A stretch of DNA of 64,000 nt from Candidatus Velthaea sp. (GTDB lineage Bacteria > Vulcanimicrobiota > Vulcanimicrobiia > Vulcanimicrobiales > Vulcanimicrobiaceae), in the NCBI GenBank assembly GCA_965214935.1, contig CBDCCS010000010.1, positions 32,001 to 96,000 of the forward strand, in the 5' to 3' direction. Position 1 is the first letter of the stretch. Each line of letters opens with the position of its first letter. The position numbers were made by a program, and so were the translations under genes. The notes under the pieces are model-generated. The model saw only the letters and a list, made by a program, of their open reading frames with translations, was not told the DNA's origin and ran no database searches. Positions 1 through 10,332 of this stretch are shown here, in pieces.

Positions 1-890
1 GTGCGCATTCCGCGCTGGTTCTCGTAAATCGAGCCCTGGTTCTCCGGCGGCGGCAGCGGCAGACGGACCGGCACGCGCTCGACTCGCGGCTCGATCGTCG
101 TCTCTCCGGAGACCATAAGTTCATCGTATTGCGCAAGATCGGGAAAGCCGAGCAGCGGCCATGCGTCGGCGGCGCGAAATTGAAATAGGAGCAGCCGGCG
201 ATCTTTGGCCGACAGGTTCGGTGCCGAGCCGTGAACGGCGCGCACGTGGTGAACGGTAATCGAGCCGGCCTTGCCCGTAAGCGGAACTGCGCGGCTAAAG
301 TCGATCCCCGACACTTGCGGATCGATGGCTCCGACGAAGACGCCGCCGGCATGGTGATCGTACACCGGTCCACGGTGACTGCCCGGTATCACCATGAGCG
401 GACCGTTTTCGAGTTCGGCGTCATCGAATAAGATGCCGACCGCCGCGAGATCGTCATGCGTATGCGGATAGAACGCCCAGTCCTGGTGCCACTCGACTGC
501 GGCGCCGTAGCCCGCCGCCTTGAGGTTAAGTTTACTCGTGTCGAAGCGAATGTTCGGCCCCCAAAGATCGCGCAGCACCGCGACGATCTTCGCATGCCGC
601 ACGAGTCGCGCATAGGCCGGGTGAACGATGTGCGGTCTTTTGATGCGTCTTACGCGCGGCTCGTGCGACGTGTGCGTGTCTTCAAGATCGTAGACGTCAT
701 TGTTCGCCGCAATCGACCGCGCGGCGTCGACGAGTTCACCGGTAACCGCGCGTAACTCAGCGACTTCGTCCGCTCTCAAAATATCGGGCACGACAATAAA
801 GCCGTCCTTCCGGTAACGCTCGAGATCGTCCGTCGACAAGCCGGATTGCGGAGCTTGAGTGACATTTAAATCCATCCTCGACGCAGGCAT
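1..890 (-). CDS. Phytanoyl-CoA dioxygenase (PhyH) family Fe(II)/2-oxoglutarate dioxygenase, 3' end outside the window
   Basis: Absent from the ORF track because the stop lies outside the window. Manual translation from ATG 890 (or 875) gives ...ERYRKDGFIVVPD...VEWHQDWAFYPH...ENGPLMVIPGSH...HHVRAVHGSAPN...RR, containing the HxD...H triad and typical PhyH motifs. Confidence 0.9.
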   Translation of the reverse strand, partial: MPASRMDLNVTQAPQSGLSTDDLERYRKDGFIVVPDILRADEVAELRAVTGELVDAARSIAANNDVYDLEDTHTSHEPRVRRIKRPHIVHPAYARLVRHAKIVAVLRDLWGPNIRFDTSKLNLKAAGYGAAVEWHQDWAFYPHTHDDLAAVGILFDDAELENGPLMVIPGSHRGPVYDHHAGGVFVGAIDPQVSGIDFSRAVPLTGKAGSITVHHVRAVHGSAPNLSAKDRRLLLFQFRAADAWPLLGFPDLAQYDELMVSGETTIEPRVERVPVRLPLPPPENQGSIYENQRGMR

Positions 891-1246
891 TGAGTTATTC
901 TCTCTGTAATTAGACGGCCGCGATTACTTGAAGCGGAAAACGTCGATGGCGTTAACCGCTATGAATGGTTTTCACAATACTTTTTCGCCTCTCCGTCCGG
1001 TCGTGCGTTCATCGCCGTGAGCGTCCGGATCGGTTCGTCGCAGATCTGCGAGCAGCCGTTCATCTTACCGCACGGTGCCCGTCGGCTTCGACCTCGTCGA
1101 TCGTTGCGTTTTGTGGATCGCGTCGGCTTCCAACGTTTACCGCTCCGTTACACCTTGACAATCGGCGTTGCGCGATACCGTCATCTTCGCTTTCTCGCTG
1201 TTGCAGATTCAGCTGCTCGGGGTATCGTCCGAAGCGTGAAGTTACC

Positions 1247-1984
1247 GTGAGCGTTGCTTACCTTACGGGCGCCGGCGGCGGCCTCGGCCGGGCAATGGCC
1301 ATGCGGTTGGCGCGGGACGGTCACACGATTGCCGCTTGCGACCAAGACGCAGCCGCTCTAAACGAGACGATCGAGATAGTGCGCGCAGGCGGATTACTCG
1401 CGTTGCCGTTTGTATACGATCTGCGCGATGAAATGGAAATCGAGCGCAGCTTCGCCGAGGCACTCAAGCAACTTGGCCCTATCGGCATTTTGGTCAACAA
1501 CGCTGCGATATACCCGAGCCGGCCGTTTCTCGACGTATCAGCCGGCGAATACGACGATGTCGTGCGCGTCAATCAGCGTGCGTACTTTCTTACCGCTCAA
1601 GATGCAGCGCGGCATATGCGCGAACTTGCGGCCGGCGTGATTGTCAACATCTCGTCCATCACGATTTCCGGCGGGTGGTCGGATCTCGCTGCTTATATCT
1701 CGACGAAGGGTGCGGCGATTACGCTTACGCGCGCATTAGCACGTGAGCTTGGGCCGTTAGGCATTCGTGTAAATGCGATTGCACCCGGCGCCTTCCCCAC
1801 CGCCGCCGAACTCATCCATCCGGATCAAGCGGCCTACCAGCAACTCATTCTCGATCATCAGGCGCTCAAGCGGCGCGGCAGGCCCGACGAGGTTGCGGCG
1901 GTTGTGTCATTTCTGTGTGGCCCTGACGCCTCGTTCGTGACCGGCCAAACAATCGCCGTCGACGGCGGCTGGTGGATGCCCTAA
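1247..1984 (+). CDS. SDR family NAD(P)-dependent oxidoreductase
   Basis: TGAGGGLG Rossmann motif, NNAA, YISTK (YxxxK), C-terminal [11 protein letters not shown]. Likely start is GTG 1247, not 965. Confidence 0.92.
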   Translation: MSVAYLTGAGGGLGRAMAMRLARDGHTIAACDQDAAALNETIEIVRAGGLLALPFVYDLRDEMEIERSFAEALKQLGPIGILVNNAAIYPSRPFLDVSAGEYDDVVRVNQRAYFLTAQDAARHMRELAAGVIVNISSITISGGWSDLAAYISTKGAAITLTRALARELGPLGIRVNAIAPGAFPTAAELIHPDQAAYQQLILDHQALKRRGRPDEVAAVVSFLCGPDASFVTGQTIAVDGGWWMP

Positions 1985-2119
1985 ACACATTCGGTTGGCC
2001 GATCGCTGTGGCGTTTGTGTAGATCGAACGGCTCGTCTTCTTGATCGATTGCAACGGAGTGACAGCGGAAGAAGCAGAAACTTTCGTCGACGAAAGCAGC
2101 ATCGACGCGAATCGCCCTG

Positions 2120-2309
2120 CGGTCGCATCTCGGTCACCACCGCGGATCTCGAGCGGATATCAAATGAAAACCCCGCTTACCGTTTCGAGCGCGGAGAAGA
2201 CGGCACCGTCATCGTGAGCCCGATGCACACGAAAGACGGAGCAAAGAGCAGCGAGGCCTTCGTGCAGCTATGTTCGACTCTAATGTGTCCGGCGTTGCCG
2301 ACGAGCTGA
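2120..2309 (+). pseudogene. Uma2-family endonuclease N-terminal remnant
   Basis: TTADLERISNENPAYRFERGEDGTVIVSP resembles a Uma2 N-terminus; similarity ends after about 50 codons and there is no clear start. Confidence 0.55.
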
Positions 2310-2363
2310 CTGTCGATGGCCGGCAGTCCTATTGCCTCGCAATTTTTTGCCGATTCTTACCTT

Positions 2364-3881
2364 ATGAGGGGTTTCAAGCGCTGCTCGAAGTCGCTAACCG
2401 CTCCTTGCACGGAACGGCCGGGGCACGGGCATTCGCTTGTCCCGATGCTCGTCGCCGGCGCCGGCCTCATTTTTACGGCGGTGGCGGCACTCTTCGCGCT
2501 GAACCTGATGTTCGAGAGAACGACCGCGGTCGATGTTGCGCGCCGTGCCACGACCAATCTCGCCGAGTCTTTAGCTCGACAGGCCTCGGACGCATTTGCC
2601 GCCACCGATTGCGCGCTGTTCGGTCTTGCCGAACGCGTTCAGGTCGAACCGCAAACGGCAGACGGACGCACTCAGTTGCAAAAATGGATGGCCATGCAGG
2701 TCGCGATGGTACCGCGAATGCACGCGTTGCTCGTCGTCGACGAACGTGGACGGCTCTTGGCGAGCGATACATCGTCCGTGCCGGGCTTGGTGAACGACAA
2801 CCGTGACATTTCCTATTTTCGCAATCATCCCGATACGAGCGTCCGGATCGCCTTAAACGACGGCAAGAATGGGTGGAACATCCACGTCTCGCGGCGTGTC
2901 GACCGGACCGACGGCAGCTTTGCCGGAGCGGTCATCGCCGTCATTGAGCCGGCTTACTTTGCGCAATTGTACGCGAGTGTCGATGTCGGCCGGCGGGGCA
3001 TCGTCGCGCTTGTCGCCGATGACGGGACGGTGCTGGTACGTAAGCCGATGGCTTTTATCGGCCGCCGGCAGATCGATGCCGAGGTGCCCTACGTGCAAAG
3101 GGCGGCGAACTCCGGAATCTTCCTCAGCTTACCCGCCGACAACGTGCAGCGGATGTTCGCCTTTCGCCGCCTCGATCAATACCCGTTGACGATCGTCGCC
3201 GGCGTCGCGGAAAGCGAATACCTCGCGGGATGGCGTGCAACCGCGCTGCTGAACGCCGTTGCGGTCTTGCTCGTGGCCGTCATGATTGGGGCTTCCGTTG
3301 CGGGACTGCGCGTGCAGATTCAACGCCGCAAGCGAGCTGAAGATACGCTCGCCCGGCAAGCACTGCTCGACGGTCTAACGGGCGTGGCGAACCGGCGTCA
3401 ATTCGACGCGGTCCTCGAGCGCGAATGGAACCGTGCTCAGCGCGATGGTAGCGCGCTGGCGCTGCTCATGATCGACGTTGATAATTTTAAAGCGTACAAC
3501 GATCGTTACGGTCATCTTGCGGGTGATAAGGTGCTCGTTGCAATCGCGCAAACGATCTCCGCGTGCGTGGTACGCAGCAGCGATCTGGCCGCGCGGTACG
3601 GCGGGGAAGAATTCGGCGTGATCTTACCTGCAACAAATACTGCCGGCGCCTGGGCAATCGCCGAACGAATCCGCGCGGCAATCGTCGCTCTGAGCCTGCC
3701 GCACGATGATGCGGCCGGCGCGATCGTCACCGTGAGCGTCGGCGTTGCTGCGCTCTCACCAAGCCTCGCATCGGGATTTTCATTCCTGGTCCAAACGGCC
3801 GACAGTGCGCTGTACGACGCGAAGCGCGGTGGCCGCAATCGGACGGCCGTGATGCCCGAGGAGTTGGCCGCACGTTCGTAG
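2364..3881 (+). CDS. Membrane sensor diguanylate cyclase (TM - Cache-type sensor - TM - GGDEF)
   Basis: Two hydrophobic helices flank the sensor region; DGLTGVANRR, IDVDNFKAYNDRYGH, RSSD I-site, ARYGGEEF. Start could be 2316, 2364 or 2445. Confidence 0.92.
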   Translation: MRGFKRCSKSLTAPCTERPGHGHSLVPMLVAGAGLIFTAVAALFALNLMFERTTAVDVARRATTNLAESLARQASDAFAATDCALFGLAERVQVEPQTADGRTQLQKWMAMQVAMVPRMHALLVVDERGRLLASDTSSVPGLVNDNRDISYFRNHPDTSVRIALNDGKNGWNIHVSRRVDRTDGSFAGAVIAVIEPAYFAQLYASVDVGRRGIVALVADDGTVLVRKPMAFIGRRQIDAEVPYVQRAANSGIFLSLPADNVQRMFAFRRLDQYPLTIVAGVAESEYLAGWRATALLNAVAVLLVAVMIGASVAGLRVQIQRRKRAEDTLARQALLDGLTGVANRRQFDAVLEREWNRAQRDGSALALLMIDVDNFKAYNDRYGHLAGDKVLVAIAQTISACVVRSSDLAARYGGEEFGVILPATNTAGAWAIAERIRAAIVALSLPHDDAAGAIVTVSVGVAALSPSLASGFSFLVQTADSALYDAKRGGRNRTAVMPEELAARS

Positions 3882-4486
3882 CCACTCGGACGATTTCGCT
3901 TTACCTGCTCGCCGTGTTTGACTCGCCATGTTTGAGAGCGCGCGATAGTGACAAGCTCATAGTGGCTCGAGGCAATTGCATCGATGAAGTAATGAATAAC
4001 CGTAGTGGAACGGATACAAGATCCGGGCGATCATCAGGATCGCTGACTGTCCACTATGGCCTTGCGATCGCTGCCTGAATACCCGGATTTGATGCAAGCT
4101 ATGAAGAATGTTGGGCTCGCGGCGAGTCAATTAGTCGCTACTGCTACATCATGCATCTACGGCGGAAGGTGAGATTGGGGCTTTCGGACGCATTTCAAAA
4201 ATCGGAACGTTTCTCGTGTTGACAGTTTAGTGCTTGCTAGGGTTCGTAAGTGTACGCCGGTAGGCACGGTGCCTCGAATTCGCTTTTACGCCGCCGGTCT
4301 TTGCCATCGGGATCTCAGAAACGCACGTAGTGACGCTGCGCAAGCTTGGCGACAATCTCTGCGCGATCGATTGTGCGTTATGGATGTGTAAGATCGCTTA
4401 AACATGTTGCGTCGCAGACGTCCGCTGCGGTTTGCAGTACGAAAGCGGTCGCAGCTGCGCGTTCCTGAACCGTCGAAAGTAGAATA

Positions 4487-6763
4487 ATGAAAGCTCGTAC
4501 AAGCGCAAGTCACCCACTTCAGATCGACAGCGTTTGGGTTCCGCCCGCAGGCGGACAGATCGGTATGACGCTCTGCCCCGGTCGACGCGACCGGTTCTCC
4601 GTTGCCGGTGAATGGGACCGTGACTTATCCGCGGATCTTGATGTCATCGCCGCCTGGAAGCCCGATCTCATGCTAACACTTGTCGAAGAACGCGAGTACG
4701 CGCGACTCGGTGTCGCTACGTTCGCAGAAGCCGTCAAGCGACGTGTCAGCAACTGGCGACACCTTCCGATTGTCGATGCCGGCGTACCTGACGAAACGTT
4801 CGAGCAAGTGTGGCTTAGCGTAGGCGCAGAAGCACGAGACATCCTCAAGCGCGGCGGCAATGTGCTGGTCCATTGCCGAGCAGGTCTCGGCCGAACGGGT
4901 ATGATCGCGGCGCGTTTGCTCGTCGAGCTCGGCGTCTCGCCGGACGATGCGATTGCGCAGGTTCGCAAAGCGCGGCCGAACACGATCGAAACGCACGATC
5001 AGGAACGGCACGTTCGAGCGCAAACGCGAAGAGACTACGATCCGATCGAGGACCGCCTGTACGGGACGATGCTCGGCGCCGCGATCGGCGATGCGCTTGG
5101 GTCGGCTTTCGAATTTGTCTCGAGTGCCGGCATTTACGATCGGATTGGTTCCGCGGTTGCGCGAGAGTTCTTTGAGGCTGTTCCTGGCTCGCTCATGTCT
5201 CCGCGCCGGCGCGGTATTCCAACCGACGACACCGCAATGACGCTCGCGCTCGTCGACGCATTGACCGCGGACGAATCGCCGTCACCGCATTCGATCCAAC
5301 GGGCCTTCGGTGAGGGCTTGCAACGCCGGACCGGTGCGTACGGCGATATGTTCTGGAACGGCGGTCCGGGTGGAGCGTGCATCGCAATGCTTCGTGTGTT
5401 CGATGACGGAGCGGCGCCATTTGAACGTCTCGATGCCGATGCCGGCGGCAACGGGGCTGCGATGCGCGCGCATCCGTGCGGAGCGTTTGCGCGCCGGGCC
5501 TTCGTGGCGGAACTCGCCGCGCAGCAGGCGCGGATCTCGCATCCGCATTCGAGCGCAGTTGCCGCCGCGCAGGTCGTCGCGCTAATCGTTCACGACGGTA
5601 TTTATACCGGCCGATTGGCACGAGAACTACCGCCCGAAATCAATGACGCACAAATGATCCGGGCCTGGGATGCGGCGCATCGGAATCTCGCGCGCGGCGA
5701 GCAGTTGCCGAAGCACCTGCGCGATGTCGACATGGCCGGCTGGAACACTGTTGCCGCCGCGCATGCAATAGCGCAAATGTATGCCGATGATATCGAAACC
5801 GGTATCGGTATTGCCGCCGCATCGGGAGGCGACACTGACACCGTCGCCTCGATCGTCGGTGCAATGTTAGGTGCCGTACACGGGCGTCGCAGTTTACCGA
5901 AGCGCTGGATCGACGGCTTGGAACACCGTGACGTCGTGGAGTCAGCCGCTCGCGCCCTGTACCATCATGTGGTCGTTCGCGAGCGTACACGGCCTGCTCA
6001 GACTGAGCCGGCGAGTCGCGTCAATGGAAACACCGGTCGAGCACCCGCGTCAACCGGCGCGCTAAGTTCGGCGCTCGATACGGGACTGCACGGCCACCAG
6101 CAAAGCAGTTCACAGCCGCTCGCGGAGCGCGCGGTGTTGACGTCACGTTTCCATCGCGCATTGATGGATGCCGAATTCTACCATCACGAGCAAACACGTA
6201 AGTCGACCAACGTTCCGTATTTTAGCCATCTGCTCGGTGTGTGCAGTTTGGTGCTTGAAGCCGGCGGCAGCGAAACCGAAGCGATCGCGGCGCTTTTGCA
6301 TGACGCGCCGGAGGATGCCGGAGGAGCGCCCGTGCTGGCTGCCATCGAACGGAATTTCGGCGCCGACGTTGCTTCGATCGTCGAACACCTTTCAGACGCG
6401 TTACCGGAACACGGCGTAGAGAAAGCAGATTGGAAACGTCGTAAAAGCGACTACATCGATCAGCTTGGCAACGCCGATCGATCGACGCTGCTGGTGGGAG
6501 CGGCGGACAAATTACATAACTTGCGCGCCATTCAATCGGACTACCAGCAGATCGGGAATGCGGTCTTCGAACGCTTCAGCGCCCCGGACGATAAGCGAGC
6601 AAACACACTCTGGTACTATCGTTCGCTGCTCGACGTGTACGATCGGCGCGACAATCGCGATCGCGACCCCCGCCTCGAACGTTTGACCGGCGCGATGCGC
6701 AACATCTTAGAATCGTTCGACGTTCGCGAGGAACGCAACGCGCCTCGCATGACCCATAAGTGA
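4487..6763 (+). CDS. Three-domain fusion: CDKN3/dual-specificity phosphatase + ADP-ribosylglycohydrolase + RelA/SpoT-type HD hydrolase
   Basis: P-loop HCRAGLGRTG; ARH motifs GAAIGDALG, TDDT, GNGAAMR, GGDTDT; HD motifs QTRKSTNVPYFSHL, ALLHDAPED, ADKLHNLR. Confidence 0.9.
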   Translation: MKARTSASHPLQIDSVWVPPAGGQIGMTLCPGRRDRFSVAGEWDRDLSADLDVIAAWKPDLMLTLVEEREYARLGVATFAEAVKRRVSNWRHLPIVDAGVPDETFEQVWLSVGAEARDILKRGGNVLVHCRAGLGRTGMIAARLLVELGVSPDDAIAQVRKARPNTIETHDQERHVRAQTRRDYDPIEDRLYGTMLGAAIGDALGSAFEFVSSAGIYDRIGSAVAREFFEAVPGSLMSPRRRGIPTDDTAMTLALVDALTADESPSPHSIQRAFGEGLQRRTGAYGDMFWNGGPGGACIAMLRVFDDGAAPFERLDADAGGNGAAMRAHPCGAFARRAFVAELAAQQARISHPHSSAVAAAQVVALIVHDGIYTGRLARELPPEINDAQMIRAWDAAHRNLARGEQLPKHLRDVDMAGWNTVAAAHAIAQMYADDIETGIGIAAASGGDTDTVASIVGAMLGAVHGRRSLPKRWIDGLEHRDVVESAARALYHHVVVRERTRPAQTEPASRVNGNTGRAPASTGALSSALDTGLHGHQQSSSQPLAERAVLTSRFHRALMDAEFYHHEQTRKSTNVPYFSHLLGVCSLVLEAGGSETEAIAALLHDAPEDAGGAPVLAAIERNFGADVASIVEHLSDALPEHGVEKADWKRRKSDYIDQLGNADRSTLLVGAADKLHNLRAIQSDYQQIGNAVFERFSAPDDKRANTLWYYRSLLDVYDRRDNRDRDPRLERLTGAMRNILESFDVREERNAPRMTHK

Positions 6764-7167
6764 GCTTCGGGAAGTAAGCCGCGCGACGTCCCTGCCAGAA
6801 TGGCCGCTGATACTTCCAAGTCGATCGGCGAGTTGTTTCTCAGGGCGACGTCCCGTCGTTCATGATCCGAGATTCCGGCCGCAATGGTTGCGTAAACACC
6901 CTTTATTTTACGAGAAGCGCGCATTCTGCGAAAAGGACGCCGCAAGTCTTAGCGACCGGTGCTCGCATTGCGCGGTTTCGCCGACCGCTTCGGACGTTGG
7001 TGCGTTGCAGACGAAAAACACGCAAAGTATGCCTTTGCGTCTTCGTAATTAGTGCAGAATCGTACGTCATTCGCCCGGCGCCATGCTGGACCAAAACGCA
7101 ATGCGCCCGCACCCAAGTCCCTACTTTAAAAGATATCTAGATACTTCCCGGAACGAAGCACGCGTCG

Positions 7168-9111
7168 ATGAACGCGCTCGCCATGTGCCGAGCATTCGTT
7201 CTTCCGCTTGTAAAAACGAGGCTAGCCGTGCAACACAGATTCTGGCTATGGCGTAGGTTGTTACGAGGCACATCGAGCGCGGCAGTAGTCCTGATGCTTA
7301 GCATCATGGCTGCGCCCGCCGCGCGGGCAGACGAACTCGTGCAGTGCGGCGTTACCGGGCCGAGTCAAACGACGTGCCGGATCTCGGAGCCAAACGTTCG
7401 AGCAAAGATCTCCGGCTATCCGCAGGTGACCTTTTCACCGGGAGATCGCGTTCTCGTAATGGCCGGAGGTTGCGTACAGACCGGCGGTTTTGGGCCGACG
7501 TGGAAGCGCTACGTTCGACCGACCGGACCGGACTCGGACCGATTGTACTGGGGTACGATCGATATTCCGGGCGCCACCAACGGTGTCGTTCGGCTATCGG
7601 CCGTCGTCGGCCGAACGTTGCCGGTCGCCGCCGCCGGCTCGCTGCGACTCGGCTACGTCGACGATACGTACCATGATAACGGATATGACTCGCATGACGA
7701 CGGTACGGACAATCAATGCGCTCATTCCGTCAACGCGTTCGTTTCGCTAACGATCGATCATGCGTCGGCACAGACGGCTACGTGCGGCGGCAACACGGGT
7801 GCAAAATTGCTCGACTTGGTTTGGACAAATTGCGATCCCAACGGCTTCCCGCTCAATCCACGCTGGCGTTCGCAAGTCAACGATAATGGTTTGGTTCCGT
7901 CGGCGCCGTCAAGACTTTGCCCGGCGGGCATCCAATCGTGTACGTCGTGGCCGCTAAGCTACGATAATCCGGGACTGATCTTTGCCCCGGCCCTGTGCGA
8001 TAGCGGTCACGTCAATTTCTTCGCCGCGACCTATTCCGGACCGTTGAGCTGGGAAGATAAATCACATCAAGGAACGGATGACGATTACAACTATCGGATC
8101 GAGCCGCCAAACGACGCCGGCGGCCTCACCACGCTCGGTGAAATGGTAAACGGATTCGAGATCGAGCATGACTCCGATGAAACCATCGATCATTTCCAAT
8201 CGCCGTTGTGGACCCAATTTCACGCGCGGGTGCGTGCCGACAACACGGCAGCACAGCACTACCTCAGCGGGAAAACAGCGATCGTTACAGGTTTATTCGG
8301 GCTCGATTGCGGCCACCCGGACTGCAGCTCGGAACTACACCCGGCGTATGCGATGGCAATCGACATGGAGAATTCCGATCTCGGCGACGACAAATGGGCC
8401 GTCTTTGCACGCAATTGGGGAAACGAAGGCTATTGCAGTAGCGATCAGCACAATTTGAGTATCGATCGCTTGAGGCTCCTCATTCCTTGGCTTGCCGGAG
8501 CGACGTCGGTGACCGTGTTGCCCGCGACGCAGTTTCATATGTATTCAAGTGCCGGAAAGCACCCGGTGGTACTTACTCCTCGCGTCGTGTACGCGCGATC
8601 CGAAGGTGTGCTCGTTGAATTTAGTTTGCCGGATGCATCGAATCAAGTCGGATTCGACGGCGAAGTGCACTTGAAGTGGCAGCTGTCCCAAACATATCGC
8701 GGGACCATCGCGACCCGATCGGCGATGATTTCGCAGCGACAACGGCCGCTCACACGGGTCGAGACCGACAAGCCCGAAGATCGTCTGGCGGCAGTTCTCG
8801 CGCGCATGCCGGCGGGGCAGTCGGATCTATTTGCGGCACGAATTGCGACGGCAAAGCACGCAGGCCAGCCGGTAACGCTCTTCCCGCCCGTTCACCCGGT
8901 ACCGCTTGCGTTAACCGCCTTGCCGCGCGCCGCTCGACTTGCGAGCCCGCTAGCGCCGCATTCGGTTCACGATGCGGTGCTTGCGCGCAAGCGTTCTGCG
9001 CAGCATTCCGCCCTGTGTGCTGCGTTCGGCGGGAACGTGCCCGGCTATCGATTTGCTTGCGGGAGTGCTTCACCCGTCCGTCGGAGCGAACCAATTCGCA
9101 ACGCTCCATAG
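7168..9111 (+). CDS. Secreted Cys-rich hypothetical protein
   Basis: 647-aa ORF with signal-peptide-like VVLMLSIMAAPAARA, several cysteines and acidic motifs (DDDYN, DSDETIDHF, ELHP). True start probably further downstream. Confidence 0.75.
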   Translation: MNALAMCRAFVLPLVKTRLAVQHRFWLWRRLLRGTSSAAVVLMLSIMAAPAARADELVQCGVTGPSQTTCRISEPNVRAKISGYPQVTFSPGDRVLVMAGGCVQTGGFGPTWKRYVRPTGPDSDRLYWGTIDIPGATNGVVRLSAVVGRTLPVAAAGSLRLGYVDDTYHDNGYDSHDDGTDNQCAHSVNAFVSLTIDHASAQTATCGGNTGAKLLDLVWTNCDPNGFPLNPRWRSQVNDNGLVPSAPSRLCPAGIQSCTSWPLSYDNPGLIFAPALCDSGHVNFFAATYSGPLSWEDKSHQGTDDDYNYRIEPPNDAGGLTTLGEMVNGFEIEHDSDETIDHFQSPLWTQFHARVRADNTAAQHYLSGKTAIVTGLFGLDCGHPDCSSELHPAYAMAIDMENSDLGDDKWAVFARNWGNEGYCSSDQHNLSIDRLRLLIPWLAGATSVTVLPATQFHMYSSAGKHPVVLTPRVVYARSEGVLVEFSLPDASNQVGFDGEVHLKWQLSQTYRGTIATRSAMISQRQRPLTRVETDKPEDRLAAVLARMPAGQSDLFAARIATAKHAGQPVTLFPPVHPVPLALTALPRAARLASPLAPHSVHDAVLARKRSAQHSALCAAFGGNVPGYRFACGSASPVRRSEPIRNAP

Positions 9112-9604
9112 TGTTTTTCGCCGACTCTGACGATCGTTCGTCGCGGCGAGTCCTTTGCGATGTTAAGAACATGCAACAACGCACCGACAGGCAATCGCGG
9201 CGTCGGCGAGATTGCCGATGGCGCGCAAATATCGGGCAGGTACCGTTTGGGTGACGTCAATCGAGACCGTTGTCGAGCGCGAGCGCCCGAACGGTCGCCT
9301 CGCTGACGATGAGCGAAACGCAGCAAGAGCGTCGACTTCTACCGGTTGCAATTTAGAAGCGCACGACAATCGACCATGTGTTTCGTGCGCTCTGCGTAAC
9401 TTCGCGTTCCGCATCGACGACGGTGCAATCGCGAACGCGGAACGACGCTCTTGCTAAAAATAAGCGACTCCCCTTGCATCGCCTTGGACTTACTCGCATG
9501 TGCCGCGATCGAAAGATGTCATAATCTAGCGTTTGCATAGTGGTATACTACTATCAATGACTTACAAAGAAGGCGGCTCGGCGTTACGGAGGTCGCTTGG
9601 TGAT

Positions 9605-10279
9605 GTGGCGAAGCGGCCTTTGACGAATAGCTTTGACCGGCGCGCATTCGAGCGCAGTGACGAATCGGCCGACGCCGGCTTCTACGTTGCACCGCGCTTC
9701 GTCGAGCATATCGATGACGGCGCGATTGCGGCGGTGACGCAGCTTTATCGCGAACGTATACCAGCCGGTTCCTCCGTGCTCGATCTCATGAGCAGTTGGG
9801 TTAGTCACTTGCCGCCCGAGCGCACGTATGCCCGTGTCGTCGGGCTGGGCATGAACGCCGTTGAACTTGCTCGCAATTCGCAACTCGACGCCTACGCCGT
9901 GCACGATCTCAACACGAATCCGATGTTGCCGTTTTCAGACGCTTCGTTTGATGCCGCAACGATCTGCGTCTCGATTCAGTATCTCATTCGACCAGTCGAC
10001 GTCATACGGGATTTGGCACGCGTGCTGCGTCCCGGTGCATCGTTAACGATCGTGTTTTCGAATCGCTGCTTTCCGACGAAGGCGATCGTTGCGTGGCGGA
10101 AGCTCGACGACTTTGGGCACTGCGCGCTCGTAGCGCGGTATGTGCACGATGCCGGCGGCTGGAGCGACATAGCGGCGTTCGACTGCAGCCCGCCGCATGG
10201 CGATCCGCTGTTTGCCGTGGTGGCAAACCGCGCATCTCATGGCGGAGCACGAACGAGTATCGTGGGCGCGAGCGCGTGA
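9605..10279 (+). CDS. Class I SAM-dependent methyltransferase
   Basis: FYVAPRFVEHIDD, VLDLMSSWVSHLP, GLGMN, FSNRCFPTKA family signature. Start uncertain (9533-9620). Confidence 0.88.
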   Translation: MAKRPLTNSFDRRAFERSDESADAGFYVAPRFVEHIDDGAIAAVTQLYRERIPAGSSVLDLMSSWVSHLPPERTYARVVGLGMNAVELARNSQLDAYAVHDLNTNPMLPFSDASFDAATICVSIQYLIRPVDVIRDLARVLRPGASLTIVFSNRCFPTKAIVAWRKLDDFGHCALVARYVHDAGGWSDIAAFDCSPPHGDPLFAVVANRASHGGARTSIVGASA

Positions 10280-10332
10280 TAAGGGTAGCCTGCTGTATGA
10301 GCTTGTCGGTAACCTGATGGAAAGATGATGAA

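Noticed and set aside
231..755. Plus-strand ORFs 231-431 and 456-755
   Set aside because: Antisense shadows of the minus-strand PhyH gene.
3908..3935. 14-bp direct repeat CTCGCC(G/A)TGTTTGA x2
   Set aside because: Only two copies, no associated element; could be chance or slippage.
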